Source: the human T2T-CHM13v2.0 reference genome, Homo sapiens
Length of the DNA stretch: 64,000 nucleotides
NCBI RefSeq assembly: GCF_009914755.1
Contig: NC_060930.1
Reading direction: 5' to 3' (one strand)
Positions 14,101-29,456 of the stretch are shown here, in pieces. The notes below the pieces were generated by a model that made no database searches, was not told the origin of the DNA, and worked only from the letters and a program-made list of their open reading frames with translations. How positions within the stretch are numbered: position 1 is the first letter of the stretch; each line of letters starts with the position of its first letter. The position numbers were made by a program, and so were the translations under genes.

Positions 14101-15295
14101 TTCTAGAAAGTAAAAGCAACAAGAGTTGATGATTAATTGGGCAATTTAGGGTGGCAGGGTAGACAGAGCTAGAGACAGAGGGGCAGGTTAATTGTAGAGG
14201 GGGGAAAGATGAGTACCACTGTGTGCATGTTGGCTCCAAGTGCGAGAGACATCTGGGGGAAGAAGTATGCCCAGCAGTAAGAAACGCAAGCCTCTTTGGA
14301 GAACGCTGGGCTGGAGATAGAAATTTGAGAGCTTTCACTGTTAACTATGATAGGTGAGATCATAAAACTGAGTAGCACAGGGAAGCCACTTCACTGCTTT
14401 TGGCCTCAGATTCCTGTTGATTTGATGGTGGTCATAATATTTGCTCTGCCTACCTTCTGGGACTGTTCTGAAAAATTCAGATGGGATTACGTGCATGAAA
14501 ATGCTTTGTAAACTCTTCAGACATTAGGCAGAGTTTATAACATCTTTAGGAGTGAGAGGAATGTGTCCCACATGTTATTTTCCAAACATGAAAGATAAAG
14601 ACTTCAAATTCTGGAAGTATTGCAGAGTAGATCATCTGCAGGGCCTCCTGCTAAAAAACGACAAGATCCAGGATAAACAAAAGCAAACTTGCCTAAAGTA
14701 TGAGTGTCACGGGCTCAGGGACAGCTTTCAGGACTCCCCTGTGGGAGTTTCCATGAGCAAACAAACATAAAAGTTGGGTTTCTGTGAATGCAAAGACCAA
14801 CACTAGCGCTGATCCTGAGACCAGCTTGGGGTCTGGGACAGGGTAGTGGGGAGCTGTCCCTGAGGTTCCCACATTAAGCCGGGACTGTCAAAGGGAGAGA
14901 AAGTGGTTCTGGCTGGTGGTGTTCCTCACAAGAACAAATGCTTTTTTTTTTTTTTTTTTTAGGAAAAAAAAGTAACCCAATTTAAATATTCAGGATGAAT
15001 TTCAATTAAAAACTACCAAAAAATCAAAAATCTTCAAACACACAAGGAAATACACCACCAAAATGTGTATCATCAGAGTGACGGGAGAGTAATTTCAGTC
15101 CCCCAAGAATTTCACATATTGGAGAACAGGCACCAAGTTAGAAAATGCAAGACAATAATATAGAAATACAGAAAGAATGATAGTATAATAAATAATAGTA
15201 AATATATGACAATTTACCATTGAAAATGACAGCACAAACCAAACAAAAAGGGAGCAATTTGAATTTTTTTTTTTTTAAATCATTGAGGTGGAAAA

Positions 15296-15430
15296 ACTAG
15301 GGTGTGGTGACATGCACCTGGTGACATGTAGTCCTAGCTACTTGGGAGGCTGAGGTAGGATCACTTGAGCCCAGGAGTTCGAGACCAGCCTGGGCAAAAT
15401 AGCGAGGTGCCAACCCAAAAAAAATAAGAA
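15296..15430 (+). mobile_element. Alu monomer (FLAM/FRAM-like) within old L1 fragments
   Basis: tagtcctagctacttgggaggctgagg ... gagttcgagaccagcctgggc followed by an A tail. Confidence 0.75.
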
Positions 15431-15788
15431 CAAATAAACAAAACTCACTAATAGATTATTTAAACTGCACATTAAACAGTGAAGGAGAGAACTGGTAAAT
15501 GTGTAAATAGAAGATATTACCTAAATCTAGTCCAGAGATCGGGAGATAAATGGTGTAAAATCAGTAGCTAAGAGATGTGGACATTAGAAAGTCTAATATA
15601 TACCTAATTGTCATTTTTGAAGGAAACTCTAAAACAAATGGCAGAGAGGCCATAATTGATGAGTGACTGGCTGAGAATTTTCCAGGACTGATGGGAGCTA
15701 GGAACCCACAGACAGATGAACTACGACGGCATCTGAGCCGGGCAGAATGAATAAAAAGAAACACACAAGTAGGCACAAAACACTGTAG

Positions 15789-16144
<356 letters not shown>

Positions 16145-16513
16145 AGGAATGCTGAGTCTGAAGGAATGAATACAGGCTGAGAGTTGTTCTTAGTCAAGTG
16201 GAGGATATTGTGCCTGTTGTTCCTCTGCAGTGGAAATCAGGTGTGGGAGGATCTTTTGTTCTCTCTTTAAGCTGGCCTATCTGTGTTTTGACTGGAGATG
16301 TAGCAGTTTTTCTCAAGTGTGAAAAAAGGCATGTTGTGTAGATTGATTTTTACTAAATGTGGTCTGATTGCTTCTTTAAGGCAGCCCTTGTAAGGGGGCA
16401 AAAATGCGGTTATTTGACATTAATGGAACTCTATCAAGGCTGTGATCATTCATTTGAAATCTTTCTTCCCAACGCATGTTTATTGACTGAAGTGCCTGAG
16501 TGTGCTCTCATAG

Positions 16514-16883
<370 letters not shown>

Positions 16884-17079
16884 TATCTCCCCAGTTTAAA
16901 GTGAAATTAATACCTATATTTGGGTATGAAAATGGTTTTAACATGATTTTTTTTTTAAAAAAAAATGACTATTAACCCTTTGTGCTAATAATATGTAGGT
17001 GCCTAGTGTCCTAAAGCTCTTTACGATACATGTACTGGATATCTTCTTAAAAAGTCATTTGGAATAAAAGGGTAGCCCC

Positions 17080-17400
17080 AGAGAGTTTTATTGTGGCAAC
17101 GGAGGATTTCTGGATCTGGATTTGGGTGGTGGTAACATGGATCTATACATGTGATAAGGGGTCATAGAATAATACACATACGTACTCAAACAGTGCTTGT
17201 GAAAACTGGTGAAATCAGAGTGGGTGTGGTCTAGTAAATGTATTGAGCCAATGTCAGTTTCCTGGTTTTGATCTTGTACTTCAGTTATGTAAAATGTTAC
17301 TATGGGGGGAAGCTGGGTGAAGGGTGCATGGGGCTTCTCTACTGTTTTTTCAACTACTTGTGGGACTTTAATTATTTACAACACAAAATAAAGTTTAAAA
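17080..17400 (+). mobile_element. Old L1M (MC/MD-type) 3' end
   Basis: ccaatgtcagtttcctggttttgat ... gggggaagctgggtgaagggtgcatgg ... aaaataaagtttaaaa. Confidence 0.75.
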
Positions 17401-18231
17401 ATGTCATTTGGAGCATGGCAACCAGAAAAAATAGATTATTCTTGATATTTGTGATTCTTATAGAATATGAATACAAATACTTAGAAATATTTGATGAACC
17501 CTGGAGGGTAAAGTCTTTTGTTTCACCTTGGTCAAAAGTGAATTGGAAAGTTTAGCTCAGTCTTTGTATTACAATTCAAGGTTATATGCTTGCAACATGA
17601 AAGTCAAAAGGCCGCTGTCGTTACAACCCTTGGAAGTCCAGCCAGAAATGTCCTTGTTGCCTAAAATTAAATAAGCTTGTGCCATAGAATGAAAAATTGC
17701 TTACATTAGTCAATGGAATGACCATGTTTCAAAAAAAATTTCAAGTTTGGTGTGTAACTGTAAATGGAAACGTGAAATATTTGGAAAATGTAGGATTTAT
17801 TGGGAATTATTGTAATTGCCTTAACTAATCTAGACTAAATTAACCAGAGAGTAAGTCCAGTTAGTGAGAGAATAATGAATATGTGATTACTTTTAAAGTA
17901 AATATGTTAAATCGATTGCTCTGTTCTTTTTCCTCTCTGTTGTTCCCCTTTTTATTTTATCTTTTGTGTTTGTAGTTTGAGATAGGCAGTGTCTTTGTTT
18001 TTCTCTGGACAATTTTAATTGAAATAATTCAGACTTAGATACCATTCAGAAAAGATATATATTAAAATATCTTTATTAGCATCAAACAAAGCAGTAGTGA
18101 GAAAAAAAGAAAAATCTTTAGTAAGATCAAGGAAAAGTGAACGTACAAATTCGGATGAAAAAGGAGAAACAACCATAGATAGAGCAGAGATGAAATAATG
18201 AGAGGATTCTATGAAAAATGTTATGGTAATA

Positions 18232-18555
18232 GTTCGCTGCAACCTGGATGGGGTTGGAGACCATTATTCTAAGTGAAGTGACTCAGGAATGGAAAACCAA
18301 ATATTGTATGTTCTCACTTATAAGTGGGAGCTAAGCTATGAGGATGCAAAGTCAAAGAATGACACAATGGACTTTGAGGACTCGGGGGAAGACTGAGGGG
18401 GGCTTAGGCATAAAAGACCACATATTGGGTTCAGTGTACACTGCTTGGGCGATGGGTGCACCAAAATCTCCGAACCCACCACTAAAAAACTTACCCATAT
18501 AACCAAACACGACTTGTTCCCCCAAAAGTATTGAAATAAAATAAAATAAAATTTA
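18232..18555 (+). mobile_element. L1PB-type 3' end
   Basis: ttctaagtgaagtgactcaggaatggaaaaccaaa ... attgaaataaaataaaataaaa; TSD-like ttatggtaata/ttatggcaata. Confidence 0.88.
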
Positions 18556-18797
18556 AAACAAATTATGGCAATAAACTTGAAAAATTAAAAATGGACAGAC
18601 CTCTAGAAAACAGACTTAAAAAGAAATAGGTTCAATATTTCTATGTTTAAAGGAAAATGAGTAATTTAAAATGTCCCCCAAAAGAAAACACCAGAATCAA
18701 ATGACTCTACAGATAAGTCTGCCAGATTTTCAGGAAGTATATTACTTCTTGAAAAGAAGGAGCTGAAAGGCTCCCCAGCTTATTCCAAGAGAAAGTG

Positions 18798-19127
18798 CAG
18801 TAGTTCCCCCTTATCCACGGTTTCCGTATCCACAGTTTCGGTTTCCACAGTTTGCTCTTGAGGTCTGAAAACAGTTGAGTATAGTATAGTAAGATATTTT
18901 GAAAAAGAGAGAGAGACCATCTTCATATAACTTTTATTATAGTATATTGTTGTATTTGTTTTATTATCATTAATCTTACTATGCCTAATTTATAAATTTA
19001 AATTTATTTTCCTAGGTATGCACGTATAGGAAGAAACATAGTGCATATAGGGTTGGCACTATTCACGGTTTCAGGCATCCATTGGGGCCCTTGGAAGGTA
19101 TCCCCCTCGGATAAGAGGGGAAAATTG
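18798..19127 (+). mobile_element. MER44A (Tigger7-derived) DNA transposon
   Basis: TIRs cagtagttcccccttatcc ... ggataagagggga; internal match to the recalled MER44A consensus. Confidence 0.85.
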
Positions 19128-19406
19128 TATGACTTGAAACCACACAATGCCATAGGAAATGAGAACATCGCCAGTCTCACTTACGAACTCACACATAAAA
19201 ATTCCAAATAGTAAATATATGAAAGCAACCCTCTAAACTTTCTCATTAGGTCCAATGCTTTGCAATGTGTCTCTTCTTTTCCTATTATTTAATCTTAATA
19301 GTACCGAACTGGACTCCAACATCAGACTGAAAGTCAGAGTCCTTGCCGCTCTCCTGATTTTAAAGGCAGTGATGTGAATGTATCACCATTAAGAATGTCC
19401 TTAGCT

Positions 19407-19756
<350 letters not shown>

Positions 19757-19910
19757 TTAATGGAGTTCTTTCTATGCCTGGTTTGCTAGTTTAAAAGAGA
19801 CTTAAGAGGTAGAATAATCAAGTGTCATGAGTGAACACTGGCTCCTGATTTCAACACACAAAATTTAGACAGTTTTTTAGATATTTGAGGAAATCTGATC
19901 ACTTTAACAA

Positions 19911-20074
19911 TTTTATTATTATTTTACAGAGACAGGGTCTCACTCTGTTGCCCAGGCTGGAGCGCAGTGGTGTAATCATAGCTCACTGCAGCCTCACACT
20001 CCTGGGCTCAAGCAGTCCTCCTGCCTTGGCCTCCCAAGGGGCCGGGACTACAGGCAATGCCACTGCACCTGGCT
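19911..20074 (-). mobile_element. AluJ/FRAM right monomer
   Basis: gagacagggtctcactctgttgcccaggctgg; TSD ctttaaca. Confidence 0.85.
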
Positions 20075-20712
20075 GCTTTAACAGTTTTTAAGTGTACGGT
20101 TCAGTGGCATTAAGGACATTCACATTGATTGTGCCACTATCACCACTTCCTCTCCAGAACTTTTTCTTCTTCCCAAGCTGACTATTTGGGTACTTACTAA
20201 ACCTGAACTTCCCATTCCCCTCTCCCATAGCCCCTGGTATACCATTCTCCTTTCTATCTCTATGGATTTGACTAGGCTTGCTACCTCATATAAGTGGAAT
20301 TATACAGTATTTGTCCTTTTGTGGGTGGCACATTTCACTTCACACAATGTCCTCGGGGTTCATGTGGTACCATGTGTCAGAATTTCCTTCCGTTTTAAGG
20401 TTGAAGAGTATTCCATCATAGGTCTGTACCACATTGTGTTTACCCATTCATCCGTCAGTGGACATGTGGGTTGCTTCCAGCTTTTGGCTATTGTGAATAA
20501 TGCTGCCATGAACATGAGTGTACAAATATCCGTTCAAGGCCCTGCTTTTAATGCTTTTGCATATATATCCAGAAAGATAATTGCTGGATCAATGCTAATT
20601 TTATGTTTGTTTGAGGAATTGCCACACTATTTGCTACAGTGCTGCACCATTTTGCATTCCCATCAGCAAAGCACAAGGGTTCTAGTTTCTCTAAATCTTT
20701 ATCAACACTTGT
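20075..20712 (-). mobile_element. L1MB-type 3' end (antisense)
   Basis: ttttggctattgtgaataatgctgccatgaacatg and neighbouring motifs; source of the spurious 161-aa ORF. Confidence 0.88.
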
Positions 20713-22861
20713 CAGAAAATGCCCATACTTTTAATACATCTCTATGAAGTAGGGCTGAAGAAGGAGAGGAGTTACTGGTCACCATTGCCTGCACAGCGGC
20801 CATGCCCACCTATGATATATGAGCCATTCACCCGCTGACAGGCAGACGACCCTCCACACAGGCTGCCTTGCTCTTAACCATAACCAGGCCTACGTTTTCC
20901 ATGTGAGCCTGCCTGTACAACTTCATCATGTCTCTAAAAAGGAAAGGAAAGGAGGAGAACCGAACAGTGTATGATTTAGTGATACACACATGCAGTAGAA
21001 TTGTTAGGTTTTAAAGGGCAGGGGAGTGATAAACATTATTCCTGATGTGAGGTACCTTTGGAGAGAAGCAGTTGAAGAGGATCAGGAAAGAATACAACAG
21101 TCTCAGTCACTTTCTGGTTTTCAGGTTGGGTGATGGTTTCCTTGGTGCTTTACTATTATGCTTCATTACCTCCGTAAATTGCATACATCCTTTTGTATGT
21201 ATAATTACATAATTTACATTTTAAATCTTAAACCAGTGACTTTTATTCCTTAAGGCTTTTGTTCCTATGTGTTGGCCAAAGGTCTAGGACAGGAGAGAAA
21301 TTTCCACTGGGATGGTCTGAGGCAGAAAGGAGAGAAGGAAGTGAGTTTTATAAAGCTTCGTTTGTTCAGTATGTCTTCCCTATTTTATTTAGTATTAAAA
21401 AGACTTTTAGAAATGCAGTGGTAGAGTTAGAGCATGCAGTTTGTTGTTTTGTTTTTATTGTCCTTAACAATGGCAAGCAGAAGAAGCAGATAGCCTTGTG
21501 TAAGGTCATTATCATTTCAAAAACTGTCTTGACTGGTCCTTGAAATTTAAAAATTCTAGGAATTATTGCCTCAGAGAACACAGCGCCGCATTCAGGAGCC
21601 AGCCACCAAGGCTGATGCTCAGTGAGATTTTGCTTACTGGCCTTTCACAGAATGCCTCACTCGAATTGAAAAAGCTAATTTAGAGGGAGCAGCCGTCAGT
21701 CCTATCTGTAGACTCGTGAATAAATTTGAATTACTCAGCAAAGACATACTCCAAGCTCCGAGGACCTGGATTCTCAAATAACAGCCAATGATTATCACAG
21801 CTAACATTGATTGGGTATTGACTCCGTGGCTTTGGCTATTTTGTATAGATTGTGTCACCTAATCTTTAGAAATGTTATTATTTCAATTTACCTGATACTG
21901 AAACTTTATTATTTAACTCAGCATCATATAGGTAAGAAAAAAGCTAGAATTCAACACCAGCGTCTCAGTTTGACATGTCACCAACACTCTTAACTACGAC
22001 TTAATTGTGACTGCATCTGGCCCCATCATCAGTAAGCCAAATGCTAATGGGTATAAAGTAGGTACTGAGGGCTGAATTTGGAACTCAGCCCTCTCCCTTT
22101 CTCTCCCATTCATATTTCTTGAACTGTCTGGCATTTGAGGAGTCTTGACTCATATAGCTTGAATTGCTGCGCTCATTGGAAACATTACTGTTTTACCATT
22201 GTGGCGTTCAGGTGCACATACAGGCAGTAACCTAATTGTATTTATTTCTTATATCCCTATGAGACATTAGCAAACAAACTGTGTACATTCAATCGCAGGC
22301 AAAAGAGTGGGGGGAACGGAGGAGTTCTGAGCAAACTTCAGTGATCAGTGGCTGAGGTATGATGAGGAGAGTGAGGAAGGTGGTACAGCTTTGAGGTAAA
22401 AGGCACAGGAGCAGCTTAGAAGACCAGACGGTAATGGGATGGGCGTGAGAGTTTAAAAGGTTGTGGGTGGCAATCAGAGGCTCGTGGATGACACTAAGGA
22501 AGCCGTGCATCTTTTCTAAGAAGGATAAAGGAAAAGAAAGTTCAGAGTACTTCATGATATTGTTGTTTTGGTAGAGGAAAAATTGGAAAATCCACATATG
22601 AGGCAATGGGTTCTATTTTACATTGTAATAAAATGAATGCTTTGAACTGTGCTTCTGTTTTCTCATTTTTAGATTTTTTATCTCCTCACATCTTCAAATC
22701 TGTGAGCATTTGCCAAGATTCTTCCTTAGTCGTACATATGGGCTCCCAGCATTGCACAACACTTATCCTTAAAAGTTACATGCAATTTATCCCCTTCCTG
22801 GCATGGTCAGACTTCCCTTCTCTCTCCTCCCTCCTCTTTTCCTCCCATCCCCCTTTCCCTT

Positions 22862-23497
22862 GTTGTGTTAGTTGCCTATTACCGTGTGACAAATCCCCCA
22901 AAACATAGTGGTTTAAAACAACAACGAGTTACCATCTCTCACAGTCTTGTGGAATGACCAGGTTCAACTAGGTGGTTCTTTCAAGGCCTCTTGTGCAGCT
23001 GCAACCAGGTGGTGGCTGGGGCTGAGTCATGCAAAGGACATCCAAGATGGCATCTTCATAACACTTCTGGTGCCTCAGCTGAGGTGCTTGGGGACAGGCT
23101 GGACAGTTTGTGTGTTCTGTCTCTCTCTTCTCCCACCCACCCCCATCTCTGTTCTCCTCTCCCACCCCTCTGTGTAGCTTCTCTACATGGCTAGCTTGGG
23201 CTTCCTCACAACATGGAAGTTTCAGGGTAGTCACACTTCTTAGATGACAGCTGTCTTTCCTCAGACAAGCATTCCAAGAAGTCTAAGTGGAAGGAAGTTC
23301 AAAGCTTATGACCCAGCCTTGGAAGTCACTCAGCACCACTGTTGAAGACTTTCGTTCTGTTGGTCCAAAACAGGTCATACAGCCAGCCACAGAGCCAGCT
23401 CAGAGCCACCCGAAGGGAGCAGACCACCCACGGGCATAGATGCTGGGAGATGTGGTTTATTGGGAATGGCATACCTCTCAGAAGACCAGCTACCACA
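22862..23497. mobile_element. Old MLT1 (MaLR) LTR
   Basis: caaatcccccaaaacatagtggtttaaaacaac, gcttcctcacaacatgg, cagccttggaagtcac. Confidence 0.75.
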
Positions 23498-24621
23498 TTT
23501 CTCCTTTGTTAAAAATGTCTGTTTCTCTGCTCCTTATAACTGAAATATCTTAAAGTTACTGTCTTATGTCTTATTTCTTATATTTTTTCTAAGGAAGTTT
23601 ATTGAAAGACTTCTTTGAAGAATTCTTACACATGCTCTCCAGCGAATCTTAAAATATTATTTTCATTTAGTAATATTACAATTAGGCCTCCAAAAAGCTC
23701 TATAGAGAAAAGCTGTGTGACTGTTTTTTAGAAAGTCTCTTTGGAAAATCAGATTTGATTCACTTTTTAACCAACGATGATAACATATCAAACTTAAAAG
23801 GCAGATCGGTTTTAGGGAAAAGTGATACACCGTCCTGTGTGGGTGTCCTTGAGTGAACTTCCCAACAATATTGCTTTTCATGCGTAGCCACTAATTAGAA
23901 AACCTGCTCTCTTGTTGGGGCTAAACTGTGGTTTACTTTTCTGGTTGGACTTCTTCTTGCTTATATTCAAGCTTTTACAGAAGCCAAAGCTTATTCTTTT
24001 TTAACCCTCAAAATAAAAAAAAAAAAGAACTCGAATCTAAAAAATGTGTTGTGTAATTACATGGCAGTTTCAGAAATTCTTTTTAAAAAATCTTGTACCT
24101 ATAGATGGCTTAACTTAGCTTCTGCAAATGCCATTGAGGACTTAGATTCTTCTGGGGAGTTAGCTCTTTTTTTTCTTTTCTTTTCTTTCTTTTTTTTTTT
24201 TTTAAGAAGCTAAATCTCCAAAGCTTTTCTCTGGTAATTATGAAAAACAACATGTGTAAGAGAAAGTGGGAAGTTGGAGGTGGCTAATAATTTGATATTT
24301 TTTCTACCCACAAACCTTGGGAAAACTCTGCTATAAGGATTAATTTGCTCATGAGATTTCACTTTGGTTGCCATTAAGGAAAAACGAACAGGAACAGCAA
24401 GGCAGAAGTGTTTCTTGACTCTGGGGAAAAGAGTCAAGGGTTTATGGTGGGAAACAGAGCACTCCTTTTTTCCTTTTACAGCAATTATAAGTGAGGCATC
24501 TGAAGTTTGATATCACTTTTCTCACACAGGACTTTGTATAGACACCTAAAATCTGACTGAAAAATCATCAGTAATTGCAATTTCTCATTTGTCTTCATGC
24601 GGGAAAAAGATTTTATTTTAA

Positions 24622-25055
24622 AAACGTATTTTTTCTAGCTTCATTGTGGTGTAATTGACAAATATTGTATGTATTTAAGGGGTACAACGTGATTTGATAT
24701 ACTAATACATATACATTATGACATGATTACCACTATCAAGCTAATTAATGTGTTTATCACCTCACAGAGACACGGCTTTATTTTTTTTGTGGTGAGATTG
24801 TCCCAGTTCCTGGTAACCTCCATTCTATTTTCTGCTTCTGTGAGTTCCACTTTTTTAGATTCTGCATATGAGTGAGGTCGTGCAGTGATTGTCTTTCTAT
24901 GCTTTGCTTATTTCACTTCACATAACATCCTCCAGGTTCATCCATGTTGCAAGTGGCAGAAGCTCTCCCTTTTTTAAGACCAAATACAAATGCATTTATG
25001 CACATACCACGTTTTCTTCATTCATCTTTCAGTGCACAATAGGTTGATTCCATAT
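24622..25055 (-). mobile_element. L1MA-type 3' end (antisense)
   Basis: gtaattgacaaatattgtatgtatttaaggggtacaacgtg ... tcctccaggttcatccatgttgc. Confidence 0.85.
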
Positions 25056-25841
25056 TAAAAAACCTTTTAGATTCTATCCTTTCCCCCCAGTTTTTTTTTT
25101 TTTCAATGTAAACCATGAGAAAATAGCAGTGGCTCTGCTCTGTTGGTGATTTCCTTCCACATCTTTGTGGCATCTACATGCAGATTAAATGGGGGTTCCA
25201 GCAACTTCCCAGTGTGGAGAGTCCCCCACTGCTCAGAGTCGTGGAGCCTTCAGGTTCTACCAGTAGGAGGAAGGCATAAATATTTCCACTGAACAGGCAA
25301 AATGTGAAGACCCTTTACACTTCAGGCCCAGGCAAAATGCTTTGCCCACCCCCCTTCCCCACCCGCAGCCATCCCCACCAATGTTCAGCTCAGGGCTGCC
25401 CTTGGTTATGTCAACTGCTGATGGTGACACGTGAACCAGCCTGAGGAGGGAAGAGTAGCCGGGAGGAGAGGGGGCCAGGAGGACATAACGGGGCCAGGAT
25501 GGGCGGACGGGTTCTTCTTCATTGCTTCATTAATTCTCACACCTTTTTCTGTGAAGTCATACTCTTCCCATTTTTGCAGATGAGAAAACTTTAACGCAAG
25601 AGTTTTCATAACTTGCTCTCATGCAAATTCATTCAAATAAGTATATAAGCAGAAGTATTTAAACTAAATAAAATCTAAGAATTTTGCTTCATCTTGGGTA
25701 ACATGAAGGATTTTCATCTCCTCCTCATGGGCCAGCCAGTGGTCTGTTCACTACCTGATCCCCGTAGTAAGCCGTGGGTAATTGGTAATCCACCTATGAA
25801 GTCAAACGGGGAAACTGGTGAGGTAAGCCCGTGGCACTTAG

Positions 25842-26168
<327 letters not shown>

Positions 26169-28393
26169 TGACCTGGAGTTCAGGGGCAGCATGTGAGTAC
26201 GATGAGGTGGGTGTTGTAAATGGGAGTGTTTAGCTGGTGAGATCTTTTGCTATTTGATTTTCCAAATAGCTATCTTTTCCTAAGAAAGCTAGTGAATGTA
26301 TTTATTATAAGCATCTTTTGTGATCAGATAACTCCATAATTTATTAGGGTTAAAATGTTCCCACTATTGATTAGTCCTCATTTTGAATGATAGGTGAGAG
26401 TGGCTAAAATAAATTCATACATTAAAAGTATATGATGCTTGTAAGTGATAATAATTCCAGTGAATACAAGGCAGTGTATTTGTGCACATAAGATACACAT
26501 ACACACATGTATCTTTGAGTAAGCTTGTGTGTGATGTATTTTTTTTTTTTATCACTTGGATACAAGGGAGCAGTAGACTTTTTCCATGTCTGTATTACTC
26601 TCGTTTCCTAAAACAAGGCCAGACCATTTTACAAAAGAACTGCAGTGAAGCATGTGCATGGAGCTGCCTAGCAATACAGAAAAACTTCCATGGAACAATT
26701 GCTGGAGGACTGGAAGGGCTGAGGGATGAAGTTTTATAGTCGTTAGTACAGAAGAAGCCAATACACAGAAGCCAATGACCTCGAATTTTGCTTAGTATTT
26801 AGGGGTCAGTTTAGTAAGTCAGTGAGAATCAAGGCCTTTATGCATAGTAGAATAGTGTTACCGTGTAGCTCTTAGTGTGTACAAGGTGGAAATTAAGCAG
26901 GTGATATGACGGTCTGGCAATTATATGGCAGCTACAAGGATAAAAATGAAGGGAAGTGAACATATGGGGGAGGGAACTCCATGCTTCCAGACTCCGTAAG
27001 GGATTTGTCAGCTTTGGTTTTATAAACCAAGTCCAGGTTCCCACTTTTGGTCTTGTGAGTCTATTGATTTCCCAAGAATTTCCAAAGGCTTAAGAATGAC
27101 TTTGGTTTTTCCTGAATGTATTGATCTGTGTGTGGGTCTGTCACAAATACACACACCTGAACTCATAAGCAACATTAATTTGTCCGTGAAAGGTTCATTT
27201 TTGTTTTGAAAGCACCGCCAGCATCCAGCCCTTGTGCATATTTAGGTCTGTAATGGGGAAACACAGAAGGAGGAAGGACAGATGCCATGCTTTGGGACAT
27301 TTCATGGTATGAACATACATGCTGATAGTTGTAGGTAATTCATAGCTAGGAGAGCTAAATAATGAGTAAAATACATCCATTGTGGTATCTTTATAATGGG
27401 TCACAATTTTGGAACAAAAGGGAAGTTTTCTGATATCTGATTCTCACTCCTAAATAAAAATATATTCAGTGGCTATACTACTGAGGGCCTCTTTTGAAAA
27501 GTACATTTTTTGTTGCTAGATTTTTGTCTGTTGATACTTCAGAGATAATTGGTATTCACTGACTCTTTGGAACTGTTTTAGCCATTGATTTTCAGTCTGC
27601 CTAATTATTTATTTCATTATGTTTCTCTGGTTAGAATAACCTACTGGTATCTTTTTGGCTCAGAAATATATTGGGAATATATGTTTTTCTCCGTCCTGCA
27701 GGAAAACCTTTACAGTGAAAACCCTAGGCTGGGAGTTAAGTGACTGGCATTTAAAAAAATTGTTATTTGTTTTAAAAAAGAGAGAGAGAAAGTTAGCAGA
27801 ACATTTGTAAGGTTTATACTGAACTCCAGCCAAAAAAGAACAGCTGCCCTGTGCTTAGGATGGTGGTGTCATACTTCCTCGAGGCCAGCAGTGAGTTTGG
27901 AAAATAAAATCCTGAATGGTCCCAACCTTTGATGACTCTCTATCAAAGCAGAGAGTTGTAGTTTCTTTGCCTTCTAGGATGGGAGCATTTGGCACCTGCA
28001 TGTGTTTCGTTGTTGTGCATAGGAAAGGGGAAATTCTGGGAGAACTGGGAGAGTTTCATGCTTTTGAAGGGCTCCAGTTTGGCCAGGAAGAGATTTTCTT
28101 TTCTTATCTGTGGGCCAGGAGCCCAGGCCTCCTGCCGCCTCCTAGCGTTCTTCCAGAGGCCTCCAGATTCAGCTGCAGGACTCCTTTCGGGGGAAGGTTT
28201 GATCTCCCCATCTGTACCATCTTGGGGTGTCTTGGCTGAAAACAATTCTCCAGGCTTGTGAAGAAATGTATTTGTCTAATCTGTGTTTAAGTGAAATTTG
28301 TAGTAGTTGATGGATTAACTCCATTTAACAAGGGTTTGTGTTGCAAAATAGTTGGCCTCCTTGAAAAATTAAAAACAGAGTCAGGGTTTTAAA

Positions 28394-28404
28394 TGCTGAG
28401 TCAC
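28394..28404 (-). promoter_or_regulatory. Consensus antioxidant response element (NRF2/sMAF) GTGACTCAGCA with AT-rich flank, BMP6 intron 2
   Basis: Plus ttttaaaTGCTGAGTCAC equals minus GTGACTCAGCAtttaaaa. Motif match only. Confidence 0.4.
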
Positions 28405-28741
28405 ACACTCAGCTGGGGTGGCAGAAGTTGTGTGTCAGCTTTCTGATATTAAAGACAGTTAGGAAGCCTGACCCAGGGAGGGTCAGGGAAGATTCTTGCA
28501 AGATGGGCTTTTGCTGTGAACTCTGCACAAACATGTTCCTTTGACTGAAAAGAAATGACGGGACCAGGTAAGTTTAAAAAGAAAAAAGGTGGCTACTTGA
28601 ATAGACGGTACTTTTAGTAAGAACAAGCAAACACTTGATACTTTACTCAAAAGTTGAGAATAAGCCCTTAGATGGAGTCTAAGTCATGGAAGATTTGATT
28701 GAAGCAACTCATAGATTAGAATGGAATCAGCAACCTAATAG

Positions 28742-29456
28742 GGAAACAGTTTTTGCAAAAATTACATTGGCAAGGGAAATCTGACTTAACTGACTCCATC
28801 TTGCTTCTACTTGGCTAAATTGCTCTTGCTCATTCTTGTGCAGAGGCCATAGTGGTCCTTTCCTTGAATGGATCCCCTTCATGTTTAAAAATTGAAACTA
28901 TATTTGTAAAGAGGTCACAAGGTTAGAATTATGGAAGGGGGTCAAGCTTTGCTAAAGAATAGGCATAAACAGTGACTTGCCATTGATCAGCTTACTTGTC
29001 TATAAGTTGCTGACTGCCCCAGAATCATGTAACTGGGGTTCACAAAGTGTATGACTTCCCCAACTACACCTATAGATAACATCACTATTGTGAAAGCTAA
29101 AGAACTTGTCTTTGAGATATTTTTCAGAGTTAGCATTTCAGCAGACCACGAGATACCACCTGGTCCTGAGATTCCTTCCTAGGAACTGACTCAGCTATGT
29201 GAAGACAGTTTTAGACACCCCTGTGATTTCATCCTCGGTCAGTCAGTGATTTCAGTTCCCCAGCTCCCTGCCTGTCAAAGTACCCTAAAAACTCTAGCCT
29301 CCAAATTCTCGGGGAGGCATATTTGAGAAATACCTCCTGTCGTACTAGTTGGCTGGTCCTATGATTATTGACCTCTTTCTTTGCTGTAATACCTGCTGTT
29401 TTCAGTGCATTGGCTTTTCTGGGCAGTGGGCAAGAAGAACCCATCAGGCTGCAACA
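28742..29456 (+). mobile_element. LTR8-type ERV1 solo LTR
   Basis: tttgcaaaaatta ... tgactccatcttgcttcta ... gggcagtgggcaagaagaacccatcaggctgcaaca; 4-bp TSD atag. Confidence 0.8.

Noticed and set aside
20262-20747. Longest ORF in the track (161 aa)
   Set aside because: Lies wholly in an antisense L1MB 3' fragment, a typical spurious frame.
23021-23030. ARE/AP-1 core GCTGAGTCAT
   Set aside because: Lacks the full TGC plus AT-rich flank and lies within an old MLT1 LTR, so it is weaker than the 28394 site.
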